Part shown: positions 61,604-64,000 of the stretch, piece after piece | Layout of the letters: every line of letters starts with the position of its first letter | Numbering within the stretch: position 1 is the first letter of the stretch | Assembly (NCBI GenBank): GCA_950097015.1 | Contig: CATNEN010000039.1 | Coordinates: 16,988,001 to 17,052,000, forward strand | Direction: 5' to 3' | Length of the DNA stretch: 64,000 nucleotides | From: Macrostomum hystrix | Lineage: Eukaryota; Animalia; Platyhelminthes | Program-made: the position numbers and the translations under genes | Notes under the pieces: model-generated | Seen by the model: the letters and a program-made list of their open reading frames with translations, nothing else | Databases searched by the model: none | What the model was told of the DNA's origin: nothing

Positions 61604-61684
61604 GTGAGTTTTACCTCTGTTTTCCCTAAATATTCTTCAGGTTCTGTTCCTAAAGATACTTCAGGGTCTGATTTTTTAATATCC

Positions 61685-61885
61685 TTCAGTGTCTGTTCCT
61701 GAATATCCTTCAGGGTCTGTTCCTGAATATCCTTGAGGGACTGTTCCTGAATATCCTTCAGGGTCCGTTCCTGAATATCATTCAGGGTCCGTTCCTGAAT
61801 ATCCTTCAGGGTCTGTTCCTGAATATCCTTCAGGGTCTGTTCTCCTGAATATCCCTCAGGGTCCGTTCCTGAATATCCTTCAGGA
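61685..61885. repeat. 24-bp repeat (GTTCCTGAATATCCTTCAGGGTCT) with an internal CCTGAA/TTCAGG hairpin
   Basis: Direct inspection. Confidence 0.88.
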
Positions 61886-62678
61886 CAAGGACTACTTAAC
61901 TAGAGTACTTAACTTGAGAGTACTTGACTATGCAGGCCACCCGTCCCGTTGAAGTTAAGTCAAGTACTACTTAACTTGACCTCAAATTTAAACTTTCTAT
62001 CATTGCATTGGTATGCATAAATACGCAGTCATATTAAAAAAAAGACACATTTTTTAGAAAAAAGTTTAGTTTTTAAAAACAAAATATGAGTGCTTTTAAC
62101 TAGGCTTAATAATTATAATCCCAAGAATAATTTCTGGTTGACTCTCTCTTTACCATATCGTTGAGCAGATTCTGAGTTCTGAAATTCGATTACTTTCCTT
62201 AATCCGCCCTAGTTAAGTTAATCCGCTCAAAGTCCAAATTACATGCGGTTACATACTGCTCACAGATTTCTTGCTCTATAGCAAAAAACATATTAGAACT
62301 TTCTATGCCTGTGTTTTTTCTCTGCCCTAATCTCTCTTCTCACTGTTCTCAATTTCGGCCTTATAGAATAATATGCTGCCCCTCTTTACTAGACCTTGAA
62401 GGCCTCAAGGCCAAATTACAAGCTGAATCTCAGTTAGTCCGCCAATTTTCATTGAGCCAAGCTATCACGCCTGTCTCAATCACACTGCTCGGCCTGAAAT
62501 CCAAGATTAGGACAAGCTTCTTATTCTTAGGTTGTGCCTTCTTCACAGCGTGAGGTCACGACGATATTGGCATTCTAGTTAATTAAAAAACCTCTCTGGC
62601 CGTCTTGGATCTCGATATCCGAAAAAATTCATTCTCTAAAAAATCACGTTTTTGACTCGCGTATATTTTAAAATGATA

Positions 62679-62777
<99 letters not shown>

Positions 62778-62786
62778 CTGTTGCTG
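62679..62786. repeat. (CTG/TTG)36 trinucleotide tract
   Basis: 108 nt, directly adjoining the LINE tail. Confidence 0.95.
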
Positions 62787-64000
62787 CTTCTTCTTCTTCT
62801 TCTTCTTCTTTTTCAGGGCGCCTCCGTGTGCGGACCAGCCGATCGGGAGGGGGGCAGACGCCCCATGCTGCGGATTAGCCCGATAATGGCATCCGGGGAC
62901 CCCATCAGGTCCTCGGGTGCGAGCCCTTGAGCTGCCCGGAAGCGATCGCCTCTGGGGCACTCGAATAGGACGTGATGAACTGTGTCCAGCGCCCCGCAGT
63001 CGAGACAGTCGGGCGAGGTGTCGATGCCGAGTCTGTGCCTAGTGCTGCGGTTGATGGTGCTGGCGCCGGCTCTAAGTTGGTTGACTATAACTTGTAGGCG
63101 GCGTGGGAGGTGGCTCGGAGCTTTCCAGTGGGTCGGGACCGCCAGCTCATCAAGAGCGCGTCTGGAGTGGCGTGTCGCCGTCCTGGCGGCACTGAGCGGT
63201 AGTGGGACCTGTCGCTGGTCGAGGTCCGCCGCCCTGGCCGCCGCCCTGTCTGCCGCCTCATTGCCGGAGAGGCCACAGTGCGCCGGGATCCAGCAGAACC
63301 TCACCTTGCGATCCAGCCGATCGAGTTGCAGGAGGAGGTTCCAACAGTCGGCTGCAGCCGGGTCGGTCTGCGTCAGGGGGCCGCTGCTCAAGGCGGTAAT
63401 CGCGCTGAGACTGTCGGACGCGATGGTGACACCACTGCGGGGGGCGTCGGGACAGTCGATGGCCTGACGGAGGGCTTCGCAGATGGCAGTGAGCTCTGCG
63501 GTAAAACTGCTGCACCAAGCACCGGCCGCAGCCATATGTGTCGTGCCTGGCGGCTGCCACTGGGCGATGGCTGCCCCGCCTCCGTTACGGTTACCGGCTC
63601 CGACCGATCCGTCCGTCCAGATGACCGTGGGGTCGGATTCAAGAAGCCGGGCCGTGTCCTGGGCTCGCTCCTGCTTCACGCTGGCAGGCATATCGCGAGT
63701 GATTTTGGTGGTCAGGGAGGTGTCGAACGAAACTCCCGTGCAGTTCGACTCCCAGGGTGGCGGGCCCAGTGGCTGCGCGGCGCGTGGATAGTTGTTGAGT
63801 TGACCGCTTTGACCGAGTTCGTTGGCGATGCGGCGCCAGCATCCTCTGAAGGGTCGCGCTGCGTCGGGCTCCAGGCCCGGAGCGCGCCTCTTGGTGGCGG
63901 CCGTGGCGGTGGTGTCGCCCTCGGCGTTCTGCTGTGTGTCGGGTTGAGTCCGTGCCGCGGCTTCGAAGGTGCGGTTCTTCAGCCGGGGGCGCGTGTTTCT
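62787..64000 (-). mobile_element. RNase H-containing non-LTR retrotransposon (I/Ingi-like), 3' end, in NR1 intron 8
   Basis: RNase H motifs IWTDGS, SSFTAELTAI, SDSLSA, WIPAHCGLSGNEAADRAA; CCHC finger CLDCGALDTVHHVLFEC; stop at 62813 followed directly by (GAA)8. Confidence 0.92.

Noticed and set aside
62583-62960. PolyK/polyQ and polyL ORFs
   Set aside because: Translations of the LINE GAA tail and adjacent trinucleotide tract inside an intron.

Overview
Eukaryotic (metazoan) genomic DNA with GT-AG introns and an unusually high density of intronic minisatellites. The overall style (NMDA receptor, divergent iGluR, almost every intron filled by its own tandem array) suggests a lophotrochozoan such as the flatworm Macrostomum; this is inference, not proof. 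By walking splice sites and checking exon phases I reconstruct four protein-coding genes. (1) The last three exons of a divergent ionotropic glutamate receptor (IR-like) gene (+, 3429-9195). (2) A complete NPC1 sterol transporter (-, ATG 34728) with two alternative terminal exons (stops at 16772 and 15143). (3) The first eight coding exons of an NMDA receptor NR1/GRIN1 subunit (+, 41740 to beyond 61603). (4) A 3-coding-exon LRR single-pass membrane gene nested antisense in the 13-kb NR1 intron 4 (-, 46397-49806). Mobile elements: the 3' end of an RTE-like LINE with four zinc fingers, tRNA-derived SINEs, an internally deleted Helitron carrying a nested hAT MITE, a second hAT MITE, hAT termini attached to a satellite, and the 3' end of an RNase H-bearing LINE. 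Most long ORFs in the track are translations of tandem repeats. Most notable: this NR1 has a polybasic furin-type insertion in its N-terminal domain and substitutions at three glycine-pocket positions, it hosts an antisense LRR-TM gene with a PDZ-type tail, NPC1 has alternative cytoplasmic tails, and the C/G strand skew of intronic arrays appears to follow host-gene direction.
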